NCBI GenBank assembly: GCA_012295275.1
Contig: CM022675.1
Span: forward strand, 7,998,001 to 8,062,000
Reading direction: 5' to 3'
DNA from: Chrysomallon squamiferum
Lineage: Eukaryota > Animalia > Mollusca
DNA length: 64,000 bases
The position numbers and the translations under genes are program-made. Under the pieces are notes generated by a model. That model was not told where the DNA came from, ran no database searches, and saw only the letters and a program-made list of their open reading frames with translations. Shown here piece after piece: positions 1 to 12,729 of this stretch. Numbering within the stretch: position 1 is the first letter of the stretch; each line of letters opens with the position of its first letter.

Positions 1-340
1 ACAAGTATATTTAATAGATTATTTACAGTTTCTGAGTATTTTAAATGTTTTACAAATAAGTAATTTTAATAGAATATTTACATTTTTCTGAGTATTTTAT
101 ATGTTTTACAGACAAGTATAATTAATAGTGTGTTTACAGTTTTCTGAGTATTTCAAATGTTTTACAAACAAGTATATTAAATAGTGTATTTACAGCGTTC
201 TGAGTATTTCAAATGTTTTACAAACAAGTATATTTAATAGTATATTTACAGTTTTCTGAGTATTTTAAATGTTTTATAAACAGGTATATTTAATAGTGTA
301 TTTACAGTTTTCTGTGTATTTTAAATGTTTTACAAAAAAG
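1..340. repeat. ~56-bp tandem minisatellite (about 6 units in window, may extend upstream)
   Basis: Unit ~ACAAGTATATTTAATAGTGTATTTACAGTTTTCTGAGTATTTTAAATGTTTTACAA recurs at ~1, 56, 112, 168, 224, 280; the array runs straight into the AG acceptor at 339-340. Confidence 0.92.
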
Positions 341-439
341 GGTGTGATCCAGAAAGATGTAAGAATGGAGGAACAATGGATCCAAGCACTTGTGAATGTG
401 CGTGCACAGAAGATAAATTAGGACCTAGCTGTCAGTACG
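341..439 (+). CDS. Gene 1 internal exon: EGF-like domain
   Basis: AG at 339-340, donor G|GTATGT at 440; 99 nt, phase 1-1; translates xCDPERCKNGGTMDPSTCECACTEDKLGPSCQY with the EGF-type C-x-NGG...CxCxC...GxxC pattern. Confidence 0.88.
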
Positions 440-850
440 GTATGTTCTGAATTAAAACTATAATCACACACACACACGCACGGACACACGCTGACACACA
501 GAGACAGAGACACGCATGTAAGTTTAGAGACAGATATGCATGAAATATTTATTACGTTATAAGTTATTTTTTTTCTGTTTCTTTTTTAAACCTTTAGTAC
601 CGTCGATGTTATTAGCATCATTACGTTGTTGTTGTTGTTATTATTATTGTTATTGTTACTACTACTACAACAACAACAACTACTAGTACTTCTACAAAAA
701 ATCTTTAGCCATTGAAAACGTTTTGCCTATCAGAAAGAAATGTGACTATTTCATTCTTCTGAAATTTAAACTGCACGACCATGCTAGTAGTAGTACACGT
801 TGTTAGTGTGCACGTGAGTTGTTTGTAGTGTTTAAGCTTTCTTTTTGAAG

Positions 851-958
851 ACTGCATCGATCAAGCTACGAACGTGGTCATCAACGACTGGATCTACCAG
901 TGTGGGGATTGGCTGGTTCGAAAGAGATGTCAGTTGTCCTGTGGGTTATGTTTAGAGG
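851..958 (+). CDS. Gene 1 internal exon: ShK/ShKT-like domain (5 Cys)
   Basis: Acceptor CTTTTTGAAG| at 850, donor G|GTAAGT at 959; 108 nt, phase 1-1; DCIDQATNVVINDWIYQCGDWLVRKRCQLSCGLCLE with ShK-type CxD start and CxxSCGxC end. Confidence 0.88.
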
Positions 959-1938
959 GTAAGTTTATTTTATTTCCTATTGTTTTTCCTTGTTTGTTCG
1001 TGCGTTTGTTTGTTTATTTAATTATTCGTTTGTTTATTTAATTATTTATTTACTTATTCATACAGAATACTCATTAGTGTTATTTTATTACGATCAAAAC
1101 ATCAATACCAATAGATCTTTCCTGACAGAAATAATTCCTTCATCCATTTGATTTTTCTTTGTTTTGTTTGTTTAAATATTTATTTATTTATTTATTTATT
1201 TAATTTATTAATTTATTTATTTGTTTGTTTGTTCATTTATTTACTTATCTATTTATTTATTTTTTTGTTTATTAATTAATTAATTTATTTATTTATTTCG
1301 TTTGTTTGTTTGTTCGTTTATTTACTTATCTATTGTTTTCTTTCTTTATTTATTTGTTGATCTGTTTGTTTATTTATTTATTTATTCATTTAATTGCTTT
1401 TTTTTTGTTTGTTTGTTTCTTTATTAATTTATGTAGTTATTTGTTTGTTTTACAGTTTGATTGTTTGTTTCCTTGGTAGTCTTTTTGTTTTATCATTTAT
1501 TGATTTACTTATTCATTTGAAATATACTTAATATTATAACTTATATAAGCAGACGTAAATCTTATAAAAGTCAATTTAAATGAACTGTTTTTCGTTTGCT
1601 CAATTTAGTGTAAATTTGGTTTATATTCTAAGATATTCATTTTCGTTTTTCCTTAGTATAATAATTTGTCATTCTCACCAAAGAGTATAAAGTTGATTAA
1701 TGACAGTTTTTCTGAATTATTTTTCTTAATGATTTACTGGAACGTTAATAATTTTAAGTTTTTATTTTATTTTATTTTATTAATTTAATTAAATTATTTT
1801 TATTCATTCATTTATAATAATGTATGCATATATATATATATACATACATATAAATGTGTGTTAGTGTGTGTGTTTGTGTGAGTGTGTTTGTGTGTGTCTG
1901 TTGGTGTGTGTGTTTGTGTCTGTGTTAGTGTGTGTGTT

Positions 1939-1972
<34 letters not shown>

Positions 1973-2057
1973 TTTGTGTTTGTGTTTGTGTGTATTTGTG
2001 TGCGTTAGTCTGTGTGTGTGTGTGTGTTTCCTATCACTATTTTTTCTCTCTAAACAG

Positions 2058-2177
2058 AAGTGTCTGGGTGTGAAGATCTGGACGAAGGTTACTGCTATGT
2101 ACACTTTGACAAGTCAATTGAAAACGGCGAAAGGAGGTTTTGTGACGCAGTTTCGGGAGCATGTATTATTTGCCAGA
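2058..2177 (+). CDS. Gene 1 internal exon: Cys-rich module (5 Cys, possibly a degenerate ShK-like unit)
   Basis: Acceptor TTTCTCTCTAAACAG| at 2057, donor A|GTAATA at 2178; 120 nt, phase 1-1; EVSGCEDLDEGYCYVHFDKSIENGERRFCDAVSGACIICQ; a non-repetitive island between microsatellites. Confidence 0.8.
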
Positions 2178-2501
2178 GTAATAGAAATTATTTTATTTGT
2201 TACTTTACTTGTACTACTGCTACTACTTCTACTACTACTACTACTACTAGTGCTGCTATTACTACTACTTCTTGTTCTACTATTACAATTACTTCCTCTA
2301 CTATTGCTGTGAGTACTACTATTACTACTACGACTGCTACTGCTCCTACTCCTACTTCTATTACTACTACTACTACTACTACTACTATTACAACTACTGC
2401 TTTAACTGCTTGACAATACTGCAGCTATTAATTATATAAAATGTTTCAGTTAGATTTCTTCTCAGTTTAACTGCCACGTTTACTTTCTGTCTGTCTCTCT
2501 T

Positions 2502-2544
<43 letters not shown>

Positions 2545-2569
2545 TTCTAACTCTCTCTCTCGTTCTCTT

Positions 2570-2678
<109 letters not shown>

Positions 2679-2780
2679 GACTTATGCTTAGTGTTATATG
2701 ATGATTTATTTATTATAATTTCGTATCGGAACACAGTAGTACAAATATGTATGTATATGTTGTGAATTATGTCTACTAAT

Positions 2781-2819
<39 letters not shown>

Positions 2820-2847
2820 CGTGCTTATTTTAAATACATACATTCAG

Positions 2848-2875
2848 AACGACAAGTGAGAGGAAGAGAAATTAA
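2848..2875 (+). CDS. Gene 1 probable 28-nt penultimate exon
   Basis: CATTCAG| acceptor, AA|GTAAGA donor; phase 1 to phase 2 (KRQVRGREI); exactly bridges the phases of the flanking exons. Confidence 0.5.
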
Positions 2876-3094
2876 GTAAGAGATAACAAAAGAAAGAATT
2901 TAACGAAATGAAATAATCACATTTGTTTTATTTATTTATTAATAGTAGTAGTAGTTGTTGTAGTAGTGGCAGTAAATGTAGCCGTGGTGCTGTTATTCTT
3001 GTAGCTGTAGTAGTAATGCTGCAGTTGTAGATGCGCGGTTTTGTTTTTTCTTTGTTTATTTGTTTAATTATTTGTTTCCTTTCTTTCTTTTCAG

Positions 3095-3176
3095 ATTAAA
3101 AGAGAAGAAAACAGAACTGGCGAAAGTTCACAAAATTAGACATTCACGATATTTAAATACATCTTCTCCTTTCTAA
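3095..3176 (+). CDS. Gene 1 probable terminal coding exon (basic tail)
   Basis: Strong acceptor TTTCTTTCTTTTCAG| at 3094; phase-2 entry reads KLKEKKTELAKVHKIRHSRYLNTSSPF-TAA(3174-3176); AATAAA near 3439. Confidence 0.55.
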
Positions 3177-3358
3177 TAATAATAACAATAATAATAATAA
3201 TAACAATAATAACAATAACAATAACAGTAATAATACCCATAATAATAACAATATAATGTCAAAAAAGACAATAATTATAACAATAACAATATAATAACAA
3301 TAACAATTAATAATAATAGATATAACAACAACAACAACAACAACAACAACAATAAACC

Positions 3359-3421
<63 letters not shown>

Positions 3422-3499
3422 TGTAATGGAACATGAACAATAAAGATTTTTGAAATGATTTGTTTGTTGGAAACGTTTGTTCATAGATTTTTAGTTCTT

Positions 3500-3790
3500 C
3501 ATTCCAGCTGAGAACGGTTAAAATGGCTGCGTTCAGACGTTTTGTGACAATGTTAGTTAATTTCATACCGCCGCTGCTGTCGTCGTTTGAAATGACAGCA
3601 ACATTCAGTTCAGGAAACTGCGTTCACCATTTTACATCTTACACGTTGAAACACGAAAGAGAGCGACCTTTTCTCTCATTGGTTAGAAATTAGAATCGGC
3701 GGGAAAAAACATTATCGTCTGCGTTTCGTATTTCAGTGACGTCTCCCGATTGTTTGGTAGCGTCATAAGCTGACGTCTTTTTTTTTTAAT
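3500..3790. promoter_or_regulatory. CpG-containing promoter/enhancer-like island (E2F-like, CCAAT, CRE-like motifs)
   Basis: GGCGGGAAAA at 3698-3707, ATTGG (CCAAT on - strand) at 3678-3682, TGACGTCT at ~3737 and ~3771. Motif matches only. Confidence 0.35.
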
Positions 3791-4790
3791 GCTCTTCATC
3801 TAAATTTAATCTTTCGTGTTCATTTCTCGAACGGGGTTATATTAAAATGCTGTGATATGATTTCATACGTCAAGGAAAGTATTGCAATAGGATCATAAAT
3901 CAGCTGACTGCACCTGCAATAAATTATTTTAAAAATAGGCAGAGTCTGGTGTTATGCATGCGATTTCAAGCCAATTTATTTAAAATTTTATCGCGATCTA
4001 ATTTCGTGTCTGCACTATTCTTTTACATAGCCTTTCCATTTTCATATGAACTTGCCCGGTTAACAAATACAGTTTAACACTTTTCTTATAGATATTTTTT
4101 TCCTGTTCCAGCTTCACGTGTAAAAGGTTCTCTTTTGCCACGTTTGCTCAACACTTGCATCACAGGGTGAAAGCAAAACGCAGTTTGATCTTCTCACTTT
4201 TCAGTCTGGAAATAAATGTTTATGACGAAGTATAAGCAGGAAAATCAATGGACTAAACTGCAAAAAATAAAATAAAATAAAAGAAGAAGTTATGCAGTTA
4301 TATTTATGTGTATGTATGTATATATATGCGTGTGTGTATGTATGTATGTATGTTTGTATGTATGTATGTGTGTGTATGTATGTGTGTGTATGTATGTATG
4401 GATGTGTACATATACATTTTTTTTTACAACGTATAGAGATAAAATAAATAGTTAAATAATATACATATTTTTTTCTCTTTATTCTATTAATTGCGTAAAC
4501 GTTTAAAAAATTACTAATCTACATTGTGATCTTCGAGTTTTAAGTTCATTTTCTGTTTTATTATTATATAATTACGTTTTTGTTACGTAATCTAAAATCG
4601 AAGAATTTTCGTGATTAACATAATATGTATTTTACTTTATTTTAGTTGTCGTTAATTTCTTGTTTAATTCGATAGTCTGCGTTTAATTAACTGTATTAAA
4701 TATTTCACTTGTTCCTAAAACTTTTTTGTAAAAAAATGTGTTAAAATTTAATAGCTGGTTATCGAAATTTAACAATAAAACTGAAGAAAC

Positions 4791-4794
<4 letters not shown>

Positions 4795-4884
<90 letters not shown>

Positions 4885-5592
4885 TTATATAAAATATGTA
4901 TGTATTTAGGTATGTATGTAAGTACATATGTATGTATGTATGTATGTATATATGTTTGCAAATATGTATTTATATATGTATCTATGTATATATGTATGCA
5001 TGTATTTATGTATGTATGTATGTATGCATGTATGTATGTATTTAGGTATGTATGTATGTATGCATGTATGTATGTATGTGCGTATCTATGTATGCATGCA
5101 TGTATGTATATATATATGTATGTATTTAGGTATGTATGCATGTATGTATTTACGTATGTATGTATGTATGTATGTATGCATGTACGTATGCATATATGCA
5201 TGCATGTATGTATATGTGTATGTATGTATTTAGGTATGTATGCATGTATGTATTTACATATGTATGTATGTATGTATGTATGCATGTACGTATGTATATA
5301 TGCATGTATGTATGTATGTATGCATGTATGTATGTATGTATGTATGCATGTATGTATGTATATATGTATGTATGCATTTAGGTATGTATGTATGTATGTA
5401 TATATGTATGACTATATTTAGTTATATATGTATGTATGTATGTATATATGTATGCATGTGTGTATGTATGTATGTATTTAGGTATGTATGTATGTATGCA
5501 TGTATGTATGTGCGTATCTATGTATGCATGCATGTATGTATGTATGCATGTACGTATGTATATATGTATGTATGTATTTAGGTATGTATGCA
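4795..5592. repeat. (CT)n followed by ~700 bp degenerate (TATG)n with a recurring TATTTAGG variant
   Basis: Directly visible; source of the MYVCMYV/HTYIHTY ORFs. Confidence 0.95.
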
Positions 5593-5775
5593 TCAAGTCT
5601 CCCTTCATATAAATCTGCTCGTCTTGAAACAGTCATCATCCTCAGAGTGAGCAATCATCTAAGAGAAATATTTAATTAAAACAAAGGATGAAAAAAAATA
5701 ATAAAAAAATAAACAGAGGTGAATAGAAAACATGAGATCACTAACCAAGCTTCCTGTTTGTTTTTCATCATCATG

Positions 5776-5812
<37 letters not shown>

Positions 5813-6061
5813 CTTGGTACATTCTAATATGAGGTTTCGATTATTGTAATTACATAATAATAGTCTTGTTTATTTTGTTTTATTTTAATTTTATATTTCA
5901 AGCTTTACGTATGTGTAATTGTATAGTGACCATGCTAATAGCAACATCCCCGCCAACAAACCAAAACACAAAATGAAACAATAGAACACACCCCAAAAAC
6001 AACAACAAAAGAAAGAAAGAAAATAACAGTTAAGTAAAATACACAATATTAATACTAACAA

Positions 6062-6136
<75 letters not shown>

Positions 6137-6166
6137 CATAATGATAGTAATATTTAATTTCTTCTG

Positions 6167-6227
<61 letters not shown>

Positions 6228-6342
6228 TATTATTTTATTATTTTTAATTTTTTTTTTTTTTTCTGAGTAACAGATCAATACTAGATATACTCGTTGTAAC
6301 TGTAGTGGATACTAATCATCTGTTTTAAACGCGTGTTTTCAG

Positions 6343-6429
6343 ATGACGTTAACAGCTGGTGTGAATTAGATAAAAGCTCAAAGGGAAAATTAGTTTTTCA
6401 GTTGCTACGGAAAACTTGCAGTCTAACAG
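6343..6429 (+). other. Probable 5'UTR exon of gene 2 (alternatively an 87-nt phase 1-1 coding exon)
   Basis: GTGTTTTCAG| acceptor at 6342 and CAG|GTATGT donor at 6430; lies just upstream of the signal-peptide exon; the phase-1 frame is also open (DVNSWCELDKSSKGKLVFQLLRKTCSLT). Confidence 0.5.
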
Positions 6430-6614
6430 GTATGTGGAAGTTTTATAACATTTCTTCTTTTTTTTTTTTTTTTTTTTCCCTTATTTTATTTTATCTATAT
6501 TCATTTTAAGTTATCCTTGTTATTAGTATTATCACCATCATCATCGTTATTATTGTTATTATTATCATCATTATTATTATTATTATTTTATTATTATTAT
6601 TATTATCATCATCA

Positions 6615-6656
<42 letters not shown>

Positions 6657-6878
6657 GTACCTATTTTTCTATGTAAAAATATAAAACTGATTTTTTAATA
6701 CAAAAATAAAAATATATATATATATATATATTTATTTCTATTATTTATTTGTTTCTTTCTTTGTTTATTTCATTTGATATTTATCCTTTTATTCATTCAT
6801 TCATACATTCATACATTCATTCATTCACTCATTCGTTCACTTACTTATTTATTTATTATTTAAATTTGTTTCACAGAT

Positions 6879-7006
6879 ATGTTCTCAGTGACATTTCAAA
6901 TTTTTTGGGGTACTTCCCCTGTTTCTGTCGGCACCACTCGCAAACTGTTTTGACTTATCAGACCCGCCATACTTACAGACATTCGAACTACCCGACAGGA
7001 AGCAGG
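6879..7006 (+). CDS. Gene 2 first coding exon: signal peptide, with an apparent 1-bp frameshift at 6901-6910
   Basis: Acceptor TTTGTTTCACAG| at 6876, ATG at 6879, donor G|GTATGT at 7007. Removing one base from TTTTTTGGGG gives MFSVTFQIF(W/G)VLPLFLSAPLANC-FDLSDPPYLQTFELPDRKQ ending in phase 1. As written, the frame stops at TGA 6951-6953. Confidence 0.68.
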
Positions 7007-7611
7007 GTATGTGATAGATATTTGTTATATTTATCTTATAGTCAGTCAGCTGAGAGCATTAATTTAGTATGGAGGTTATACACACACACACACACACACA
7101 TATATATATGTATGTATGTATGTATGTATCTATTGTGCATTTATATGTGTGTGTGTATAGATAGATATTAAATGTTATTTTTATATAAAAGAAATAACTA
7201 AATTACTACATCAAGAAGAATCAAACAAATAAATAACGAAACAAACCAAGAAACATAAATAAATAAATAAAATAAAATAAAGTTAAATTGCTAATTATTT
7301 TTTCATATATTATTATTATTATTATTATTATTTTTACTATATTAAATAACTAATTAATTAATTAATTAATTGTATTTCTTTTTTATATTAGTTTTGTCCT
7401 TTCATCTGTTATTCATCTATTCTACAAACTGATATCTAATAGAAATTAAACAAAAAAATAACAATGTATGGATATATAATAAATAGTTAAACGATCCTTT
7501 CAGAAAACAAAGCCTTAATTAAAAGAAAATAGATATATAAATGAAATAATAACAACCACATACAGTTTAGGGATATCTATCCATGCATCCACGTTTATGT
7601 CTTTCAGTCCA

Positions 7612-7711
<100 letters not shown>

Positions 7712-7776
7712 GATGAGAATATGGTTATGTCAAATACAATAAGAAAAAAAAAAAAAAAAAAAATAAATAAATATAG

Positions 7777-7818
<42 letters not shown>

Positions 7819-7861
7819 AATGAATAATTGAATGAAGGAATGAATGAATCAACAAATAACA

Positions 7862-7908
<47 letters not shown>

Positions 7909-7990
7909 GTTCTTGTTGTCGTTTTTGTTGTTTTTATCTTCTTGTTCTTAATATTGTTATTATCGTTTTCTTATTATTATCATCATCATC

Positions 7991-8047
<57 letters not shown>

Positions 8048-8281
8048 GACAGCAGTAGCGGTACCAGTGATCTCAATAGTATTGCTACTCTTACTGTCTC
8101 AAATATATTCTATATTTTAAACGAACTTCACTGAAGTGAAATGTTTTGTATCTTGTTCAATTTGACGTTACCCACTTAGAGTAGCAGTATTAGTGGAGGC
8201 AGTAGTAGTATTAATAACAGTAGTAGTAGTAGTAGTAGTAGTAGCAGCAGTGGTGGTAATACTAATAATACATATTTTGTA

Positions 8282-8632
<351 letters not shown>

Positions 8633-8637
8633 TTCAG

Positions 8638-8787
8638 AATATGAGTGGTTGTACAACAGCAGGGAGAAGATCTGTGAGAAACTGAATGTAGCACAGACGT
8701 ATCAGCTCAACGACGTTGTCATCAGCTCCATGCAGTTCACTCTTGTCTGTACGACGTTTGGTCTTGAACTGGACACCAGCAAAAGCT
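8638..8787 (+). CDS. Gene 2 internal exon (secreted Cys-rich protein)
   Basis: ATTTCAG| at 8637, T|GTAAGT at 8788; 150 nt, phase 1-1; EYEWLYNSREKICEKLNVAQTYQLNDVVISSMQFTLVCTTFGLELDTSKS. Confidence 0.85.
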
Positions 8788-9739
8788 GTAAGTATAATGA
8801 ACTAAAAACAAAATTTAAAAAATTTAAAATTTAAAAAATGAATGAATGAATGAATGAATAAATAAATAAGGAAATAAATAAATTAATTAATTAATAAAAT
8901 ATAATAAATACATATATAAATAGATAAATAAATAAATAAATACATAAATAAATAAATAAATAAAATATATTAAATAAACAAATAAATAAATAAAATATGT
9001 TAAATAAATAAATAAATAAATAAAATATGTATAAATAAATAAATAAATAAAATATATTAAATAAATAAATAAATAAAATATATTAAATAAATAATAAGAA
9101 TAAAACAAAAACAAAAAATAACGACGATGATAATATTAAAAAACCAAACTGTTGTTGCAAATACTGTTTCAGCCACTGCAACTACCACTACTACTACTAC
9201 TACTACCATTACTACTACTACCACTATCATTAATATTACTACTACCACTACTACTATTACTGCTACCATTACTACTACCATTACTACTACTATCACTATC
9301 ATTAATATTACTACTACTAATTCTGATACGAAAACTACAACAACTACTACTATTAGTAGAAACAGCACTTCAGTGGCAACTATTACTTCTACTGCTACTT
9401 CTTCTACTTTTTCTACTACTAATACTACTTCCATTACTAACACAGTCTCTAATAATATTACTTATTCTGTTACTATTACTACTAGTACAACTACTACTCT
9501 TATTACTACTACTGCTACTGTTACTCCTCTTACCACTACTACCACTACTACTACCACTGCCATTACTACTACTACCAATACTACTCCTACTAGTACTACC
9601 ACAACTACTACTAACACCGTCAGTACAGCCATTACTTTCAGTGGAAGAACATTTACAACTCTCAAGGGTGGTACTGTTTACCGTTACTACTTTTTTCAAA
9701 TAAACCTAATATTTCAGCTTCTTTTCACTGTGTTTGCAG

Positions 9740-9883
9740 ACTGTTTACTGAACAGCATGAAGGTTAAATACAAAGAAGCAGTGTGGATTGCCAGGGAATG
9801 TGGACAATATTACTGTCACATCAGCACGATTCCCAGCAAATTTGGAGTTACAGCTATAAGTAGATTTTACATGAAAAATGCAG
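9740..9883 (+). CDS. Gene 2 internal exon (Cys module)
   Basis: TGTTTGCAG| at 9739, CAG|GTACGT at 9884; 144 nt, phase 1-1; YCLLNSMKVKYKEAVWIARECGQYYCHISTIPSKFGVTAISRFYMKNA. Confidence 0.85.
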
Positions 9884-11047
9884 GTACGTCTTAATACTAC
9901 TTCTTCTTCTACTACTACTTCTTCTTCTTCTACTACTACTACTATTACTACTACTACTACTACTATTACTACTACTACTACTTCTTCTACTACTACTACT
10001 GTTACTACTACTACTACTACTATTACTACTACTACTTCTACTACTACTACCCTACTACTACTACTACTACTACTGCTGATGCTGCTGCTACTACTACTAC
10101 TGTTACTAAAACTACCACTATTATTAATACGTTTACTATTATATAAAATATAATAAATTGTATATATATATAACCTCTATTAATATTACTTGTACTGCCA
10201 GTAATTACTGACGCTTCTACTGCTATAACTACTATCACTATATCAACTTTAGCTACTGTACTATTACTATTACTATTAGTTATGATGACCTATTACTACA
10301 ACATCTGCTTTTACTGTTAATACTACTAAACCTATATTACCACTGATAGTATTTGTATTACTACTATTACTAATACTGCTACTGCTATTGCGAGTAACAC
10401 TACTACTACTATTAGTAGTATTTCTAGTAGTACTATACTATAATTACTACTACTACTACTACTGCTGCTGCTACGACTACTACTGTTAATTTTACTACTA
10501 TTACTACTATTACTGATATTGCTACTCTAACTTCTCGTTATCACCATCAGTATCTATATTATTATTAATACAAAATATATATTATGACTATTACCTCTAC
10601 TACTACTAGTACCACTTCTAGTGCTAGTAATACAACCAGTATTATTGTTATTATTAATACTATTAATACTGATACCTTCTGACTACTACTTCTACTATTA
10701 TTAATAATACTATTACCACAGTTAATATTACTGCTATTATTATTATTATTTCTAGTAAGTTTATTACCACTAATACTAGTGATATTTCTACTATTAAGTT
10801 TACTACAATTAATATTAGTACTGTTACTGCTATCATTACTATTGTTAATTACTACTCCTGCTATTACTACAATTAGCATCACGTTTACTACACCCACTGT
10901 CACTAGTACTAAAACTATGTTTACTACAACTGCTACTACTTCTGCTTCCATTATTATTACAAACAACAACAAGAAAGAAAACAGTTATTAATAATAAAAA
11001 TAGATATAGGGATAGAAAAATAAATAAGTTAATAAACAAATAGATAA

Positions 11048-11117
<70 letters not shown>

Positions 11118-11388
11118 TAATAATAATGATAATTTTCATTGTTATTATTGTTGTTCTTATATATCTTTCATTTATTTATTGGTTTGTTTATTTGTTTTTG
11201 TATTGTTCTTCGTTACATTGATATTATCATCATCATCATCATCACCATCATCATGATCATCATTATCATTATAATAATAATACTAATAACAACAACAACA
11301 ACAACAACAATACTACTACTACTACTACTAATAATAATAATATCAAATGTTATTATTATTATTATTATTATTATTATCATCATCATCA

Positions 11389-11443
<55 letters not shown>

Positions 11444-11446
11444 CAG

Positions 11447-11622
11447 GATGTTATCATTTTGATGATGACGGTTGCGAGAAGCCCGGGTCTATGTGGTTGC
11501 CAAGGAACAATCCCAGGAACTACACGTTCTGCTACTGCCACGACGGCAGAAGCACGTGCCAGAGAAACGAAGAACAAGTAGGAGGAGTCGCTGAAGGCCG
11601 CGGAGGCAGACAAAAACGATAG
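11447..11622 (+). CDS. Gene 2 terminal exon (Cys module, loosely VWC/SVWC-like spacing)
   Basis: TATCAG| at 11446; phase-1 entry reads GCYHFDDDGCEKPGSMWLPRNNPRNYTFCYCHDGRSTCQRNEEQVGGVAEGRGGRQKR-TAG; GC-rich codon-like island; AATAAA at 11666-11671. Confidence 0.85.
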
Positions 11623-11895
11623 TTTATGACGTCACGTTTCTATGACGACAGAGAAATTCTAAGAAAATAAACAATTCTCGTCCGATTATCTTTCGTAATA
11701 ATTTAATTAGCCTTTTTTTATTATTATTATTTTATTATTATTATTATTATTATTTTATTTTTTTTACTTACTGGAAGCCACAAAGGCAGATTAAAATGAT
11801 AGTTTATGACGTCACGTGTCCATGACAACAGAGAAATTCTAAGAAAATAAACAATTCTCATCCGATTATCTTTCGTAATAATTTAATTGGCCTAT
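11593..11895 (+). repeat. 180-bp-period tandem duplication of gene 2 stop codon and 3'UTR, with two poly(A) signals
   Basis: ~11593-11713 matches ~11773-11893 (GGCAGA...GATAGTTTATGACGTCACGT...AGAGAAATTCTAAGAAAATAAACAATTCTC...); AATAAA at 11666 and 11846. Confidence 0.92.
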
Positions 11896-12455
11896 ATTTT
11901 TTAATTTTCTATTTTATTATATTTTATTTTACTTATTTTAAGTTATCTTAAGTTATTTTTTTTCTTATTTTACATTTTATTCTTATTTTTATTTTGTTTT
12001 ATTTTATTTATTCACTTGTCTTCTTGTTTCCGTGTTTTGTATGAGTGTTTTTTTTTTTTTTTTTTCTTCCTTTATTAATTTAATAGTATTTATCTATTAT
12101 GCTTCTTTTACATACACTTTAACTGTTATTTATATGTTTAAATATTTCACGAATTTTCTTTTCTTTTTCTTTTCTAAGTAATTCAGGTGAGAACAGAATT
12201 CAGTTTTCTGCGCAGGGGTTCTCTTTCAACTTAGAACTAAGAAAGATAACTCTGTAATGTTTTCTTTTCATTGTTGTCTCCCATGAATAAAATAATCGCA
12301 GTGAATACATATATAACAACAGCGACTGCTGCTACTCCTACTACTACAACTACTGTAGCTATTACTACTACTAGGACTTCTACTGCTGTATTGGCACTAT
12401 TACTATTACTATTAACACTTCCAATAGCATTACTACTACTGCTATAACTATTATA

Positions 12456-12486
<31 letters not shown>

Positions 12487-12684
12487 TTACTACTACTACT
12501 ACAGCATCTTCTACTGCTACCGCTACTGTTGCTGCTTTTACTTGTGCTATTACTATTACTATTACAGCTACTACCACTGTTAAACTGCATCAGTAACTAC
12601 AATTTCAGTTTTACAACTATTAATACTACTACAAGTACTACTACTACTACTACTTTACAACCATAATTGTACGTACCACAACAA

Positions 12685-12729
12685 CTACTAATACTTTTGC
12701 TACTAATACTTTTGCTACTAATACTTTTG
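12685..12729. repeat. 15-bp tandem repeat x3
   Basis: CTACTAATACTTTTG three times in tandem. Confidence 0.9.

Noticed and set aside
1-340. CRISPR-like array
   Set aside because: Units are contiguous near-identical copies with no unique spacers; eukaryotic context and no cas genes.
6749-7171. Alternative frame YVLSDISNFLGYFPCFCRHH... for the 6877 exon
   Set aside because: Needs phase-2 entry and phase-0 exit, which match neither neighbouring exon.
7713-7730. Microexon after the (CT)n tract (TGCAG|ATGAGAATATG)
   Set aside because: Weak donor, and the length would break the phase-1 chain between 7006 and 8638.
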